NCBI GenBank assembly: GCA_963713825.1
Contig: CAVQNG010000014.1
Coordinates: 192,001 to 256,000 of the forward strand
Origin: an uncultured Acidobacteriota bacterium
GTDB lineage: Bacteria > Acidobacteriota > Thermoanaerobaculia > Multivoradales > JAHEKO01
Reading direction: 5' to 3'
DNA length: 64,000 nucleotides
In this document: positions 1-10,853 of the stretch, one piece after another
Layout of the letters: every line of letters begins with the position of its first letter
How positions within the stretch are numbered: the first letter of the stretch is position 1
The notes under the pieces: model-generated
Told to the model about the DNA's origin: nothing
What the model saw: the letters and a program-made list of their open reading frames with translations, nothing else
The model's database searches: none
Translations under genes and position numbers: made by a program

Positions 1-195
1 TTCAATGAGGATCGGGCCGAGGTTCTCGGAGAGCTGTTGCAGGAGCGGATGGCAGAGCTGCCGCCGGATGAGTTCCAGGACCTGCTGCGCCCCTGTTTTC
101 AGGAGGACGAGTGGAAGCTCATCCTGATGGGAGGGGTGCTCGGCTTACTGGCGGGACTCTCCCAGCTTGTCTTCGTCTTCGGTGGATTGGGATGA
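1..195 (+). CDS. 3' end of a DUF445-like membrane protein (truncated by window edge)
   Basis: Frame 1 is open from base 1 to TGA at 193-195: ...LPPDEFQDLLRPCFQEDEWKLILMGGVLGLLAGLSQLVFVFGGLG*, resembling the DUF445 C-terminal helix. Confidence 0.7.
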   Translation, partial: FNEDRAEVLGELLQERMAELPPDEFQDLLRPCFQEDEWKLILMGGVLGLLAGLSQLVFVFGGLG

Positions 196-335
196 GGCAG
201 GCGGTGCTACCCCGGCGGGTAGTAGGCTCTCTACCTGTTGGTATGTTTGCCAGCGAGAGGCTGTCCCCTATGGTTGGATCAGAGGCTGGCCTTCAAGTAG
301 CGGCCCGGGTCGGCCTTTTACGAAAGGAGGCGTCG

Positions 336-587
336 ATGGGTGGTTCCAACGTGCGCTACCGCGATGTGTTCGATCGGGAGACTCAGGCCATCGCCTGGAA
401 GTCTCCAGACGGGCGCGAATTCCTCGTTTGTGGAACGGAGGGTGGCTACGCCCTGCGGTCTCCAGAGGAATGGGAGTCCGACGACGACGTCGAATTCGAG
501 GCCGACAGTGAGGGGCACGTCTTCTGCGACGGTGAGCCCGTGGGGTGGAAAATCCCACGGGAGGTGCTGGATCGCGCTGACGCCTGA
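336..587 (+). CDS. Small acidic hypothetical protein (83 aa)
   Basis: Strong SD AAAGGAGG 5 nt before ATG 336; MGGSNVRYRDVFDRETQAIAWKSPDGREF... Confidence 0.65.
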   Translation: MGGSNVRYRDVFDRETQAIAWKSPDGREFLVCGTEGGYALRSPEEWESDDDVEFEADSEGHVFCDGEPVGWKIPREVLDRADA

Positions 588-695
588 GTTGCCCCGTCAG
601 GCCGAATAGCCCGAGTACGTTCGGGTTTGGTGAACGGGTCAGGACCCGTCGGGTCGAGCCTCTTTCACGCTGCACCCGGCGATGGGAGACCGAGC

Positions 696-1070
696 ATGCA
701 AGATAACCATCCTGCCAACTACAGGAGGCTACAGGCGTTGATCGCAGAGCTCTCCGGCAGCCTGCCCGAGACAATGCAGGCCTTCAAGGGGCTTCACAAG
801 CAAGCGACGGCTGATGGCGCTCTGGACCGCAGAACGAAGGAGCTGATCGCCCTGGGTATGGCACTGAGTATCAACTGTGGGGGTTGCGTCGCATATCACG
901 TCAAACAATCCCTGGAGGCGGGTGCCAGTCGCGAGGAGATCCTGGAGGCAGTAGGTGTCGCCGTCATGATGGGCGGAGGTCCCGCAGTAGTCTATGGCTG
1001 CGAAGCCCTGTCGGCTTTGGATCAGTTTCAGGCCGAGGGCACCCTGGGGAACCGGTCCTTGGCACCCTGA
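696..1070 (+). CDS. Carboxymuconolactone decarboxylase/AhpD-family protein
   Basis: GALDRRTKELIALG, CGGC (CxxC), GASREEILEAVGVAVMMGGGPA; GGGAG before ATG 696. Confidence 0.9.
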   Translation: MQDNHPANYRRLQALIAELSGSLPETMQAFKGLHKQATADGALDRRTKELIALGMALSINCGGCVAYHVKQSLEAGASREEILEAVGVAVMMGGGPAVVYGCEALSALDQFQAEGTLGNRSLAP

Positions 1071-1131
1071 GTATGTGCTCGAGGCGGTCCAATTCGAACC
1101 CAGAAGCGAACTCTCTCAGAGGACGGATCTA

Positions 1132-2829
1132 ATGAAGCGACTTCTAGTGCTGATTGGATGTCTCTCCCTGGCGGCAGTCAGTCTGCATGCCGCTGACCGA
1201 ATCACGGGCAAGACCTTTGCGACACGATCGGAGGTCATCGCTGCTCATGGGATGGCGGCGACCAGTCAGCCGCTGGCGACCCAGGTGGCACTCGACATTC
1301 TGCAACAGGGCGGCAATGCCATCGATGCGGCGATCGCGGCCAATGCGATGCTGGGTCTCGTGGAGCCGACCGGCAACGGCATCGGCGGAGACCTCTTTGC
1401 CATCGTCTGGGATGCAGAGAGTCGCAAACTGTATGGCCTCAATGCGAGCGGTCGTTCCCCCTACTCGCTCACTTTGGAGTGGTTCCAGCAGCAGGGCCTG
1501 GTGTCGATCCCGAGTCATGGCCCCTTACCGGTTACCGTGCCAGGGGCAGTGGACGGTTGGTTCGAATTGCACGAGCGTTTCGGCAAGCTGCCCATGCAGC
1601 AGGTTCTGGCGCCGGCGATCCAGTATGCCCAGGAAGGGTTCCCGGTCAGTGAGTTGATCGCCTACTACTGGCAGCGTAGCGTTCCGACGCTCGAGGTGTG
1701 GGCTGGATTCAAAGAGGTGTACATGCCGGGCGGAAAAGCCCCCCAGAAAGGCGAGATCTTCCGCAATCCGGCGTTGGCCAGGACCCTTCAGGCGATCGCC
1801 GATGGCGGCCGTGACGCGTTCTACAAGGGTGATATTGCTCGTACCATCGACGCATTCATGCAACGAGAGGGTGGTTTCCTTTCCTATCGAGATCTGGCAG
1901 AGCACACGTCCACCTGGGTAGAGCCGGTCTCGACGAATTATCGCGGCTATGAAGTCTGGGAATTGCCTCCCAATGGGCAGGGTATTGCCGCGCTGCAGAT
2001 TTTGAATCTCCTCGAGCACTACGACTTGTCGAAGATGGGCTTCGGCAGTGCCGACTATGTCCACCTGTTCGTCGAAGCCAAGAAGCTCGTTTTCGAGGAC
2101 AGGGCGCGGTGGTATGCGGATCCGGACTTCAACGACATCCCGGTCGCGGAGCTCATTTCCAAGGAGTACGCGGCTCGACGCAGAGAGCTCATCGACCTTG
2201 ACCGGGCGGCAGACACCTTCGAAGCTGGCAATCCTGCTCTCGAGGAAGGCGACACGATCTACCTGACGGTCGCCGATGCGGATCGCAACATGATCTCCCT
2301 GATCCAGTCGAACTACCGCGGCATGGGCACGGGCCTTTCACCCGATGGTCTGGGGTTCATTCTCCAGGATCGCGGTGAGCTGTTCACGCTCGAGGAGGGG
2401 CAGTTCAACACCTACGAGCCACACAAGCGGCCCTTCCACACCATCATTCCGGCTTTTGTGACGAAGGACGGGGAACCGCATATGAGCTTCGGGGTGATGG
2501 GGGGGGCGACGCAGCCGCAGGCTCACGCCCAGATCATCATCAACATGGTCGACTTTGGAATGAACCTGCAGGAGGCCGGCGACGCTCCGAGGATTCTGCA
2601 CCAGGGGTCTTCCCAGCCGACAGGCGAGACGATGCTCGATGGCGGGACCGTTGTTCTCGAGACTGGTTTTCCGTATGAGGCGATTCGCGATCTCGTCGGC
2701 CGCGGTCACGCTGTCGGGTGGGATGTCGGACCCTACGGGGGATATCAGGCCATCCTCCTCGACGGCGATGAGGGGGTCTACTACGGAGCTTCCGAGTCCC
2801 GGAAGGACGGCCAGGCAGCCGGGTTCTGA
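1132..2829 (+). CDS. ggt: Gamma-glutamyltransferase (secreted)
   Basis: Signal peptide MKRLLVLIGCLSLAAVSLHA; GGNAIDAAIA, GIGGDLF, nucleophile Thr in GDTIYL, KRPFHTIIP, GVMGG, SESRKDG. Confidence 0.95.
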   Translation: MKRLLVLIGCLSLAAVSLHAADRITGKTFATRSEVIAAHGMAATSQPLATQVALDILQQGGNAIDAAIAANAMLGLVEPTGNGIGGDLFAIVWDAESRKLYGLNASGRSPYSLTLEWFQQQGLVSIPSHGPLPVTVPGAVDGWFELHERFGKLPMQQVLAPAIQYAQEGFPVSELIAYYWQRSVPTLEVWAGFKEVYMPGGKAPQKGEIFRNPALARTLQAIADGGRDAFYKGDIARTIDAFMQREGGFLSYRDLAEHTSTWVEPVSTNYRGYEVWELPPNGQGIAALQILNLLEHYDLSKMGFGSADYVHLFVEAKKLVFEDRARWYADPDFNDIPVAELISKEYAARRRELIDLDRAADTFEAGNPALEEGDTIYLTVADADRNMISLIQSNYRGMGTGLSPDGLGFILQDRGELFTLEEGQFNTYEPHKRPFHTIIPAFVTKDGEPHMSFGVMGGATQPQAHAQIIINMVDFGMNLQEAGDAPRILHQGSSQPTGETMLDGGTVVLETGFPYEAIRDLVGRGHAVGWDVGPYGGYQAILLDGDEGVYYGASESRKDGQAAGF

Positions 2830-2894
2830 AGCAGCAGTCCACGACTGCCCGCAGGTCCCGCCTCGAACTTCACGATGTCAGGCCGGAGGAGTAC

Positions 2895-5318
2895 CTAGGG
2901 TCGGGCCTCCGCTGGGGGAGTGGAGAAGGCTCTGACGTCCGATGCGAACTGTTCCAGACGCTCGGCTACCATTCGGTTCAGACTTCCTTCTGGATAGGAG
3001 CCGTCCTCTGAAGATGTGCCGGCTTCGATGCCTGTCAGTAACTCGATTCCCTGATCCACTGACTCGATCGGAAAGACGTGGAACTGCTTGGCGTCGACCG
3101 CCTCGACCACATCCTGGCGCAGCATCAGGTGCTGAATATTGGAGGCAGGTATCAGCACTCCCTGTTCGCCGGTGAGGCCGTGCCTGGCGCAGACATCGAA
3201 GTAGCCCTCGATCTTGTCGTTGACACCGCCGATGGCCTGAATCTGTCCGAGCTGATTGACCGAACCCGTGACCGCCAGTGATTGGCGGATGGGAACTCCG
3301 GCGATGGCCGAAAGCAAGGCGTAGAGCTCGGCCGACGAAGCGCTGTCGCCATCGATGCCGCCGTATGACTGTTCGAAGACCAGGCTGGCGGACAGGGATA
3401 GGGGGTGACTCTGGGCATACCGAGCACCCAGGAACGCGGTCAGGATCAGCACGCCCTTCGAGTGCGAGGGGCCGGAGAGCTCGACTTCGCGCTCGATGTC
3501 CACCACCTCTCCTTTGCCGAGTCGAACACGGGCCGTGATCCGACTCGGCCTACCGAAGGCGAACTCACCCATCTGAATGACGGAAAGACCATTCACCTGT
3601 CCGATCTGCTCACCTGTCGTCTCGAGCAGAATGGTTTGTCGATCGATTGCCTCCAGAGTTCTCTCTCGCAGTCGATCGCTGCGGAAGACCCAGTGATCGA
3701 TAGCCTGTTGGACATCGCTGGCGGTAACCGAATGCCGATCGCCGTCCCCGGCCCAGTGGTCGGCCTCCCTCATCAGATCCAGGATGCGGCTCATGAGCAG
3801 TGACATTCTCTGGGCGTCACCAACGGATCGGGCGCTGTGCTCGATGACCCGGGCAACAGCCGTCCGATCGAAGGGGAGAAGACCCTCTTCTCGCACCAGC
3901 TTGGCAATCAGTCGCGCATAGAGCTCCTGGTTTTCGGGGCTCCACTCGACAATTCCCGCAAAGTCGGCACCGACCTTGAAGAGCTCGCCAAATTCTGGAT
4001 CGAGCGTCGGTAGGAGGTAATAGACCATCGGGGCGCCCAACAAGACGACTTTGACCGTCAGATCGACTGGCTCGGGCTCGAGTGAGTAGGTGCTCATCAG
4101 GCTCATTGCCTCGCCAAGGGACTCGATCTTGATCTTCCTGGATTGCAGGGCCCGCTTGAGACCCTCGTAAGCGAAAGGCTGTTGCAGGACCTTGAGGGCG
4201 TCGACCAGAAGATATCCGCCCCGGGCGCGGTGCAGGGCCCCAGCCTTGATCAGGTTGAAGTCTGTCACCACTGCCCCCATTTGAGGGATGTGCTCGACCC
4301 GGCCGACGAGGTTCTGATAGGTAGGGTTGTCCTCGTAGACCACCGGAGCGCCAGTCGAGTTGCGATGATCCACGAGTAGGTTGACCCGATAGCGTCGCAG
4401 GCTCGGCTTCTCCGAGTCATCCCCTCCCGAGATGGCGTTCATGGAGATCGAGGTTGCCTTTTCTCCTCTGGATCCCAAGCGACTGGCATTCTCGACGAAG
4501 TCGTCCTCGGCGGCGTTCAGAAAGCCCTCGACCTCCTCGAGGCCGTCGAATTGCTCTCTGAGCTCGTCGAAGAGCGGCCTGACAGCGAAGCGATTCACCT
4601 CGACGTTGAGCTCGCGTAGCTCTTCGCTGGCCTGCCGCTGCCAGCGAGGGAACTGCCGAAGCACCTTCTGAAGGTCCTCCTTGAAGCCTTCGATCTCCTT
4701 TTCGAGCCGCTTCTGCTCCTTGTCCGGCAGCTTCTGAAACTCCTCGGGCGACAGCACTTCTTCCTCGCCCTTCGGGGCGAAGACGATTCCTACAGGCGTG
4801 CGGACCAGCGCCAGGCCTTGCTCGCCGGCCTTGTCGCCCAGCTCGGAGAGTGCCTCTCCTTGTCGCTCTTCGAACTTCTGTTCGAGCGCCTGCTTGCGAG
4901 TCTGGTATTCCTCGCTTTCGAGGGCAGTCTCGAGGACGGTGCGGACTTCTTCGAGAAACTCTCGCATCGCCTTCTGGAGCTCGCTACCGCGACCCGTCGG
5001 AAGCTCGAGGACGCGAGGTTTGTGCGATTCGACGAAGTTGTTCACGTAGCACAGATCGGGCGGGACCTCTGCCGTTGCCGCTTTGCCTTCCAGGTACTGC
5101 TTGACCGCCGTGTGCTTGCCGGTGCCGGGGGGGCCGAAAGCGAAGATGTTGTAGCCCTCCTTTTCGATGCCGATTCCGAGCTCGATTGCAGCCACGGCAC
5201 GCGGCTGCCCGAGAAGACCGTGCAGGTCATCGAGATCGTCTGTGGTAGAGAATTCCAGATCGCCGAAATTACATCGGCGGTACAACTGCTGGGAGTCCAG
5301 TTCCTTGGCTTTGGCCAC
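2895..5318 (-). CDS. LonC-like (AAA_32 + Lon_C) protease
   Basis: Walker A GPPGTGKHT, long coiled-coil insert, [11 protein letters not shown], Lon protease domain with GDSAS (Ser) and GGVNDKIEG (Lys). Confidence 0.9.
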   Translation of the reverse strand: MAKAKELDSQQLYRRCNFGDLEFSTTDDLDDLHGLLGQPRAVAAIELGIGIEKEGYNIFAFGPPGTGKHTAVKQYLEGKAATAEVPPDLCYVNNFVESHKPRVLELPTGRGSELQKAMREFLEEVRTVLETALESEEYQTRKQALEQKFEERQGEALSELGDKAGEQGLALVRTPVGIVFAPKGEEEVLSPEEFQKLPDKEQKRLEKEIEGFKEDLQKVLRQFPRWQRQASEELRELNVEVNRFAVRPLFDELREQFDGLEEVEGFLNAAEDDFVENASRLGSRGEKATSISMNAISGGDDSEKPSLRRYRVNLLVDHRNSTGAPVVYEDNPTYQNLVGRVEHIPQMGAVVTDFNLIKAGALHRARGGYLLVDALKVLQQPFAYEGLKRALQSRKIKIESLGEAMSLMSTYSLEPEPVDLTVKVVLLGAPMVYYLLPTLDPEFGELFKVGADFAGIVEWSPENQELYARLIAKLVREEGLLPFDRTAVARVIEHSARSVGDAQRMSLLMSRILDLMREADHWAGDGDRHSVTASDVQQAIDHWVFRSDRLRERTLEAIDRQTILLETTGEQIGQVNGLSVIQMGEFAFGRPSRITARVRLGKGEVVDIEREVELSGPSHSKGVLILTAFLGARYAQSHPLSLSASLVFEQSYGGIDGDSASSAELYALLSAIAGVPIRQSLAVTGSVNQLGQIQAIGGVNDKIEGYFDVCARHGLTGEQGVLIPASNIQHLMLRQDVVEAVDAKQFHVFPIESVDQGIELLTGIEAGTSSEDGSYPEGSLNRMVAERLEQFASDVRAFSTPPAEARP

Positions 5319-5617
5319 GATCCGTCCCTCTCATCTGTTGCCGTTGGGCTACCGTGTTTTGGCGGGATTGCTGCAACACCGCGACTCCAGTATACGCGCC
5401 GTAGGGCCTGCAGCGCAGGCTCGTTGAGGACGGTTTGTTGCGGTCGATGCAGGGGTACTGTCGAACAACTCGGGAGCTGTGGGACAGCGTACGGTCAACC
5501 CGTGTCCGCACTTTCGAGGAGAGTTCTGTGGGCCGAGGCGATTTGGTTGACTCGATCTCCCGAAATGAAGAGGGAGGCGAGTGTCGCCTCCCTCTTCTAC
5601 TACCGATCGTCGGGACT

Positions 5618-6940
<1,323 letters not shown>

Positions 6941-7106
6941 GTCGTCTTTCCTCCCGGGTTGTGGAGTGCACGTCGCGTAGGGCTCCTTTAATCCTGGAAC
7001 AAACGACGCGTCGAAACATTTTGCTCCAGATTCCAGGCAGTGTAACCACCCAGTAGGGCGGTTTGCGGATCATTCATTTGATGGCATTTTTCTGCGAGAT
7101 AGTGTG

Positions 7107-7135
7107 TTGCGAGAAGCTAATACTTGGCGTATAAT
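7107..7135 (+). promoter_or_regulatory. Sigma-70-type promoter of the MarR/redox operon
   Basis: TTGCGA (7107-7112), 17-nt spacer, perfect TATAAT (7130-7135), 35 nt before the MarR ATG. Confidence 0.75.
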
Positions 7136-7137
7136 GC

Positions 7138-7169
7138 TTAACGCAGTTAAATACTTACGTGGTTAAGTA
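7138..7169. promoter_or_regulatory. Tandem palindromic operator candidates (probable MarR sites)
   Basis: TTAAC-GCA-GTTAA (7138-7150) and TACTTA-CGTGGT-TAAGTA (7152-7169): AT-rich inverted repeats between the -10 box and the start codon. Confidence 0.65.
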
Positions 7170-7170
7170 A

Positions 7171-7806
7171 ATGGCTCAAGTGGGTCTGGCATCCTCGCGA
7201 AGCAGCACGCGTGTCTCGGATGGCAACGGACACGACGAGGTCTTCCGCCTCCTACGTTTCTCACACATCTTCGCCTCGGTCGTCCGGGAATTCCTGGAAG
7301 TGCAGCTCCTCCACGAGGTCAGCGATGAAAATCTCTCTCTGTCGCAGTATCACCTCTTGAAGCTCATAACGCTGGATGGCGAGCACCAGATGGGGCAGGT
7401 GGCGGAGTTCCTGGGTATCAGTCCGCCGGCGGCGACCAAGAACATCGACAAGATGGAGCGCCTCGGTCTGGTCAGCCGCATGCCGTCGACAGGCGATCGG
7501 CGAGCCACGTTCCTGGAGCCCAGTCGACAGGGCCGCCAGCTGGTGAGCCGTTACGAGACACTGAAGGAATCGCGCTTGGCCCCGGTGCTCGAGTCTTTCT
7601 CCCAAAAAGAGTTGAAACAGATGGCAGATCTGTTGGAGCGTTTCTCGCTGCGGCTTATCCATCAGCAGGAGCCAATGTCACAGATTTGTCTGCGTTGTTC
7701 GGCCTACTACGACGAAAGTTGCCCAGTCCCCCATCTCCAAGACGGCTGCCCTTACAAGCAGGTCAAGGAGCACGGGGAAGCTGCGCAGTGCGAAGGGGAG
7801 GGTTGA
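7171..7806 (+). CDS. MarR-family regulator with C-terminal 4-Cys motif
   Basis: wHTH LSLSQYHLLK...VAEFLGISPPAATKNIDKMERLGLV...DRR; tail CLRC-x7-C-x8-C. Confidence 0.9.
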   Translation: MAQVGLASSRSSTRVSDGNGHDEVFRLLRFSHIFASVVREFLEVQLLHEVSDENLSLSQYHLLKLITLDGEHQMGQVAEFLGISPPAATKNIDKMERLGLVSRMPSTGDRRATFLEPSRQGRQLVSRYETLKESRLAPVLESFSQKELKQMADLLERFSLRLIHQQEPMSQICLRCSAYYDESCPVPHLQDGCPYKQVKEHGEAAQCEGEG

Positions 7807-7896
7807 AACTCAAGGCGATTGCACCGTTGACAAGCGCTTCGTCGTAAATGCGTCGCCGCGGTGCCGATAGGCAACTTGAAACCACGGGAGGGCGGC

Positions 7897-8220
7897 ATGA
7901 GGTATTGGCGAGTTCCTCTGGACGCGGGGCAGGTCGAGACCCCCGGGGGGGAGGTGCACATCCTCGTGGACCGATGCAAGGGCTGCGCGTTCTGCGTCGA
8001 GTACTGCCCCAGGCAGGTCCTCGAGATGTCACGGACTTTCAATCGCAAGGGCTACCATCCACCAGAGATCGTCGCAAGCGGGGCCTGCGTCAACTGCGGG
8101 CTGTGCGAGATGATCTGCCCCGAGTTCGCCATCTTCTGCATCGAGGCGGTGAGCTCGGCTGGGAATCCAAACGGAGTCTCCACATCTGTAGGTGCCGAGG
8201 CCGGGGAGGCGCGTCGATGA
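7897..8220 (+). CDS. korD: 2x[4Fe-4S] ferredoxin, delta subunit of 2-oxoacid:ferredoxin oxidoreductase
   Basis: CKGCAFCVEYCP, NRKGYHPP, CVNCGLCEMICPEFAI; ATGA overlap with the alpha gene. Confidence 0.9.
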   Translation: MRYWRVPLDAGQVETPGGEVHILVDRCKGCAFCVEYCPRQVLEMSRTFNRKGYHPPEIVASGACVNCGLCEMICPEFAIFCIEAVSSAGNPNGVSTSVGAEAGEARR

Positions 8221-9374
8221 AAGCCGACCCGGCAGGTGTGCTTACTGGCTCTCATTACCTCGATGGTGACTTCGCTTGCGGCGAAGGGGCCATGGCGGCT
8301 GGCTGCCGATTCGTCGCCGGCTACCCGATCACCCCATCCACCGAAGTTGTCGAGCGCATAGCCAGGCGATTCCCGACGATCGGAGGCACCTTCATCCAGA
8401 TGGAGGATGAGTTGGCGAGCATGGCTGCCGTCGTCGGCGGGGCATGGACAGGTAGCAAGACCATGACGGTGACCAGTGGTCCGGGCTTCAGCCTCATGAT
8501 GGAGAACATCGGACTGGCCGCCATGATGGAGACGCCCTGTGTCGTCGTCAACGTGCAGCGAGGTGGGCCTTCCACCGGGCTGCCGACAATGGTTGGGCAG
8601 GGGGACGTGATGCAGGCCCGCTGGGGCTCTCATGGAGACTACGAGGTGATCGCCTTGAGCCCTCAATCGCCCCAGGAAGCCTTCGACCTCACAATCGACG
8701 CCTTCAACTTGGCCGAGATCTACAGAGTTCCCGTCATGTTCTTGATGGACGAATGTGTCGGGCACATGACTGAAAAGGTGGTGATTCCCAAGGCGGAGGC
8801 GATCGATATCGAACCCCGGCGACTGACCAGGAAGAAGCCGGAGGACTTCGATCCCTATCAGGTCTCCGACAACGAGCTGCCGGAGTTCGCCCGCGCCGGA
8901 GACGGCTACCGATTCCATACCACCGGTTTGACACACGATGAGCACGGCTATCCGGTGATGAGCGCCAAGTGCCAAGAGGTCAACGTGGGCCGCCTGGTCG
9001 GGAAGATCCGCGACAATGCAGAGAGCATCGTCCGCTTCGAAGAAGATGGGGTAGAGGATGCGGATGTTGTTGTCGTGTCCTACGGCATCACAGCCCGGGT
9101 GGCCAGGTTGGCAGTCGAGGAAGCGCGCGCGCAGGGCCTCAAGGTGGGCTTCCTTCGCTTGGTGGTGATCTGGCCGTTTCCGGAGAGGCGGATACGGCAG
9201 ATCGCAGGTTCCGTTGGCGCCTTTGTCGTGCCGGAGATCAACTATGGACAGATCGCTCTGGAAGTGGAGCGCGCCGCGGCTGGACAGGCCGTTACCTGGC
9301 CGGTCCACCATGCGGGCGGTGCCGTGCACTCGCCCGATGCGATCACTGAGATTATTGTCAAGGCGGCCGTATGA
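8217..9374 (+). CDS. korA: 2-oxoacid (probably 2-oxoglutarate):ferredoxin oxidoreductase alpha subunit
   Basis: AGYPITPSTE, QMEDE, TSGPGFSLMME, QRGGPSTGLPT, QARWGSHGD; true start ATG 8217. Confidence 0.93.
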   Translation: MKADPAGVLTGSHYLDGDFACGEGAMAAGCRFVAGYPITPSTEVVERIARRFPTIGGTFIQMEDELASMAAVVGGAWTGSKTMTVTSGPGFSLMMENIGLAAMMETPCVVVNVQRGGPSTGLPTMVGQGDVMQARWGSHGDYEVIALSPQSPQEAFDLTIDAFNLAEIYRVPVMFLMDECVGHMTEKVVIPKAEAIDIEPRRLTRKKPEDFDPYQVSDNELPEFARAGDGYRFHTTGLTHDEHGYPVMSAKCQEVNVGRLVGKIRDNAESIVRFEEDGVEDADVVVVSYGITARVARLAVEEARAQGLKVGFLRLVVIWPFPERRIRQIAGSVGAFVVPEINYGQIALEVERAAAGQAVTWPVHHAGGAVHSPDAITEIIVKAAV

Positions 9375-10270
9375 CTGTGGCAACGAATCCGACTGGCAGC
9401 CAGGAGCGGGAGCACCCGAGTGCGCCGCTCTTGAGGATGGAGCGCATTCCGCATGTCTGGTGTCCGAGCTGCGGTATCGGCACGGTGGTCAAGTGCTATG
9501 CCACGGCGCTCGAGCGCAGCGGCGTGGATCTCGACAAGGTCTCGGTGGTGTCGGGCATCGGCTGCTCCGGCCGCGTCGCCGGCTATCTCAAGCTGGACGG
9601 TTTTCACACGACCCATGGAAGGGCCATTCCTTTTGCCACAGGGCTCAAACTGGGACGTCCCGAGCTGCTGGTAACCGTGATTTCAGGTGACGGTGACCTC
9701 GTGGGCATCGGCGGCAATCACTTCATTCACGCGGCACGCCGCAATATCGATCTGTTGGTCATCCTGATCAACAACTTCATTTATGGGATGACTGGGGGAC
9801 AAAACGCTCCGACGACGCCCCCGGGTGCTAGATCCTCGACGATGCCTTTGGGAAATTTCGAGACTCCTTTCAGTCTGCCCCATCTAGCGGCATCGAGCGG
9901 TGCCTCCTATGTGGCCCGTTGGACCTGCCTTCACATTCGCCGTCTCACCTGGTCGATCGAGGAGGCCATAGGCAAGAGGGGCTTCCGCTTCATCGAGGTC
10001 ATCGCGCCCTGTCCGACTCTCTACGCCCGCCTGAACAAGCTGGGATCAGGGCTCGATGCCATGCGCTTCTACCACGACACGGCCGAGATCCGGAACGGCG
10101 CCGACACTCGTGAGGTCGACGTCGAGTTCCAAAGCCCGATCATCTGCGGCAAGTTCGTCGACGAGGAGCGACCGACCTTCCTCGATCTGATGCACGACCA
10201 CTACAGCAAGCAGCTGGGTGATCGCTATGTTCCGATGCCGCCGGAAGGAGGAATGCTCCATGAGCGGTAG
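9371..10270 (+). CDS. korB: 2-oxoacid:ferredoxin oxidoreductase beta (TPP-binding) subunit
   Basis: WCPSCG, SGIGC, HTTHGRA, GDGD...NN TPP motif, YGMTGGQ, CPT. Confidence 0.93.
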   Translation: MTVATNPTGSQEREHPSAPLLRMERIPHVWCPSCGIGTVVKCYATALERSGVDLDKVSVVSGIGCSGRVAGYLKLDGFHTTHGRAIPFATGLKLGRPELLVTVISGDGDLVGIGGNHFIHAARRNIDLLVILINNFIYGMTGGQNAPTTPPGARSSTMPLGNFETPFSLPHLAASSGASYVARWTCLHIRRLTWSIEEAIGKRGFRFIEVIAPCPTLYARLNKLGSGLDAMRFYHDTAEIRNGADTREVDVEFQSPIICGKFVDEERPTFLDLMHDHYSKQLGDRYVPMPPEGGMLHER

Positions 10271-10853
10271 GACCGAGATCCGGATCACCGGCTTCGGAGG
10301 GCAGGGTGTGGTGCTCGCGGGCCATATCATCGGTCGCGCCTGCGCCATCCATGCGGATCGTCAGGCCACGATGATCCAGAGTTTCGGGCCGGAGGCCAGA
10401 GGCTCAGCCTGCAGTGCCACTCTCGTAGTCTCCGACCGCGAAGTCTTGTACCCGTATATCCAGCGTCCCGACATTTTTGTCGTGATGTCCTCGGAAGGCT
10501 ATGAGAAGTACGGGCGGGAGCTCAAAGAGGATGGGACCCTGGTTTTCGAGCAGGATCTTGTCCATCCCAGGACGGTGGAAGGGCAGCGGTACTTTGGAGT
10601 GCCTTCGACGCGCATCGCGGAGTCGTTGGGCCGGACGATCGTCCAGAACATCGTCATGGTGGGCTTCTTCGCCGGCGTCACCGATCTGGTTCCCGAAAAT
10701 GCTGTGCGCGACGCGGTCAAGGGGTCGGTACCAGCTGGTACCGAGGATCTGAATCTGGAAGCCTTCGAAAAGGGGCTGGAGTACGCCCGAGAATCGGTCG
10801 ATCAGCCATCAGTGAACGTCACCAGGCCAAGCCTCGAGGAGGTGAGCCCATGA
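10260..10853 (+). CDS. korC: 2-oxoacid:ferredoxin oxidoreductase gamma subunit
   Basis: GFGGQGV, SFGPEARG, NIVMVG, NLEAF. Confidence 0.92.
   Translation: MSGRTEIRITGFGGQGVVLAGHIIGRACAIHADRQATMIQSFGPEARGSACSATLVVSDREVLYPYIQRPDIFVVMSSEGYEKYGRELKEDGTLVFEQDLVHPRTVEGQRYFGVPSTRIAESLGRTIVQNIVMVGFFAGVTDLVPENAVRDAVKGSVPAGTEDLNLEAFEKGLEYARESVDQPSVNVTRPSLEEVSP

Noticed and set aside
7082-7095. Sigma-54-like TGGCATTTTTCTGC upstream of marR
   Set aside because: GG-to-GC spacing is 9 nt rather than 10, and a good sigma-70 promoter is adjacent
7848-8216. N-terminal extension of the OFOR alpha ORF
   Set aside because: It overlaps the ferredoxin gene in another frame; the ATGA junction at 8217-8220 marks the real start
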